Source: Octopus bimaculoides
Lineage: Eukaryota
NCBI RefSeq assembly: GCF_001194135.2
Contig: NC_068983.1
Span: 50,046,901 to 50,110,900 of the forward strand
Length of the DNA stretch: 64,000 nucleotides
Reading direction: 5' to 3'
The notes below the pieces were generated by a model. That model had not been told where the DNA came from, ran no database searches, and was given only the letters and a program-made list of their open reading frames with translations. This document shows positions 62,445-64,000 of this stretch, in pieces. Position numbers and translations under genes: made by a program. Position 1 is the first letter of the stretch; the number at the start of each line of letters is the position of its first letter.

Positions 62445-62730
62445 AAAAGGTCACACAAAGTGGCCTCAGCTCCTAGCACGGCCTCAAGACTGCTCAAGAA
62501 GCAGGCACATGTGTATCTCACTGTAACCCTGAGAAGATCCTTGAAAACTCCTTTGATCTTGTCTATCAGCTCAGTCTTGGTTTTGCAAGTAGAACGGTTG
62601 GTGTCTTTCTCAATCATGTCCCTCATAGTAATCGATGAGATTACAATCGGAGGAATAATTAGGCCAAAAAATGGGGCTTGTAAGGTCGTAAAAATTTCCC
62701 GATATTCACATCTGAATCTTCTTGAAGGCA
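62445..62730 (-). mobile_element. Tc1/mariner (DD37D-like) transposase C-terminus, frameshifted
   Basis: KKIQM*ISGNFYDLTSPIFWPNYSSDCNLIDY (WPPNSPD.NP.DY-like), then after a frameshift MIEKDTNRSTCKTKTELIDKIKGVFKDLLRVTVRYTCACFLSSLEAV. Confidence 0.82.
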
Positions 62731-62954
62731 TTTCATGGAGCCGAGTCTCGAATCTCGGAGCGAAGAACTACGATACGTTCTCGTCGGCTATTGACGGCTC
62801 TTCGCTCCGACATTCGAAACTCCGAGTACTATGATGACAACTTACTATTTGTTCTAAATTATAACACACAGACTCACACAGACTCACACACACGCACACA
62901 CACACGCACACCCACACACACATACACACACACAGACATTCTTTTTTCTTTTAT

Positions 62955-63338
62955 TTTTTTACGTGTTTCAATCATTTGACTGCGGCCATGTTGGAGAACT
63001 ACCTTTAGTCGAACAAATCGACCCCGGAACTTATTCTCTGTAAACCTAGTACTTATTTTTACCGGTCTCTTTTGACGAACCGTTAAGTGACGGGGACGTA
63101 AATACTCCAACATAGATCGGCAAGCGAAAGTGGAGGGACAAATACAGACACACAAATACGTACACTCACACATACACTCATGTACGACGGGCTTCTTTCA
63201 GTTTCCATTTACCAAACCTACTCAGAAGACTTTGGTCGACCCGAGGCTATAGAAGAAGACACTTGCCCAAGGTACCACGCAGTAGGGCTGAAACCGGAAC
63301 CATGCGGTTGGGAAGCAAGCTTCTTACCACACAGCCAC
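62955..63338 (-). mobile_element. SINE family B, near full length
   Basis: TCATTTGACTGCGGCCATGTTGGAG..GGGGACGTAAA..CGACGGGCTTCTTTCAGTTTCC..GAAGACACTTGCCCAAGG..GCTTCTTACCACACAGCCAC. Confidence 0.88.
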
Positions 63339-63682
63339 CGGTTTCAGACAGAGGCTGTGGCTCTGTTGGAGCGCCGTCTTCCAGTGTGTTTGGGTTTCTT
63401 TTCTGTATATATGGTGAAGTAGCGAGTTGGATGGGGATGCCCTTCTTTGTGCCTCTTGCTGCGCCGATGCGATTTCTTCTGTTATATCTGATAAAAAACT
63501 TGGCCAGACGCTTTTGAAAACCCTTCTTTGATGTTTGGCAGAATGCCGAACAGTTGTGAAATCCACACTATTATAGTGCTTGGTCATCAATCTAAATGGA
63601 GGAAGCGGAATCTTTGTTGACCTGCATGAGTATATATGTATTTGCGCACCCATGAATACACACGCATAAATACACACACAAA

Positions 63683-63969
63683 CATTTCCCGCTACGTGAG
63701 TTTATGAATTTATTGGGATAACATCGAGAAAAGAGAATCTACGCTTTAGAATAATTAGCTTTCTTCCATTTGAAAAGAAGAGACACAGACACAAGTACAT
63801 CCGTATATATAATTAGATATAAACATATATTTAAACTTTATATACAAATACACAACTGCATAAGTGAACATTTGTGTGTATTTGTAATGTATTTAAACAA
63901 TTACATTCATAGACACATATATTAATGTGTATCCATATATACTCGGACAAATATAAACTGGTACATGCG

Positions 63970-63990
<21 letters not shown>
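63683..63990 (+). repeat. Block Y paralogue of 50775-51135
   Basis: Direct alignment with block Y (see 50775-51135). Confidence 0.8.

Positions 63991-64000
<10 letters not shown>

Larger units (their letters stand above)
1..64000. repeat. Pervasive microsatellites ((TA)n, (TG)n, (AG)n, (AAT)n, (CTA/CTG)n, (CTT/CCT)n) and N gaps that mostly open at these arrays
   Basis: Seen directly, e.g. 317-390, 8280-8520, 11130-11540, 17758-17828, 36330-36470, 38118-38215, 39650-40033, 40685-40752, 45185-45268. Nearly every N run is bordered by a simple repeat. Confidence 0.98.

Overview
AT-rich, microsatellite-dense animal DNA from a fragmented assembly with many N gaps, most flanked by (TA)n, (TG)n or trinucleotide arrays. 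The repeat landscape looks like an octopod cephalopod (Octopus-like), which is an inference and not a database result. I can support no intact protein-coding gene. Long ORFs in the track are artefacts of N gaps and simple repeats. Recognisable coding remnants are all transposon-derived: Tc1/mariner (DD41D/rosa-like, DD37D/maT-like and mariner proper), a CR1/L2-type reverse transcriptase (RT) fragment and RTE-type RT fragments. The rest is tRNA-derived SINEs of several modular families and MITEs. The signal the ORF track misses is RNA-level: six minimal type I hammerhead ribozyme (HHR) motifs, some degenerate, in four unrelated non-coding contexts. One lies in a complete 618-bp element (37023-37640) with inverted plus direct terminal repeats and a perfect 10-bp target-site duplication (TSD). 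One is the 3' part of a tRNA-headed SINE (about 25355-25615). One is nested in a hAT MITE, and three belong to a family sharing stem II GAGC/GCUC. Together they suggest a set of non-autonomous, ribozyme-bearing retroelements (Penelope-dependent or retrozyme-like). There is also an old ~13-kb-offset duplication (48.5-51.1 kb vs 61.9-64.0 kb) carrying a possible coding relic.
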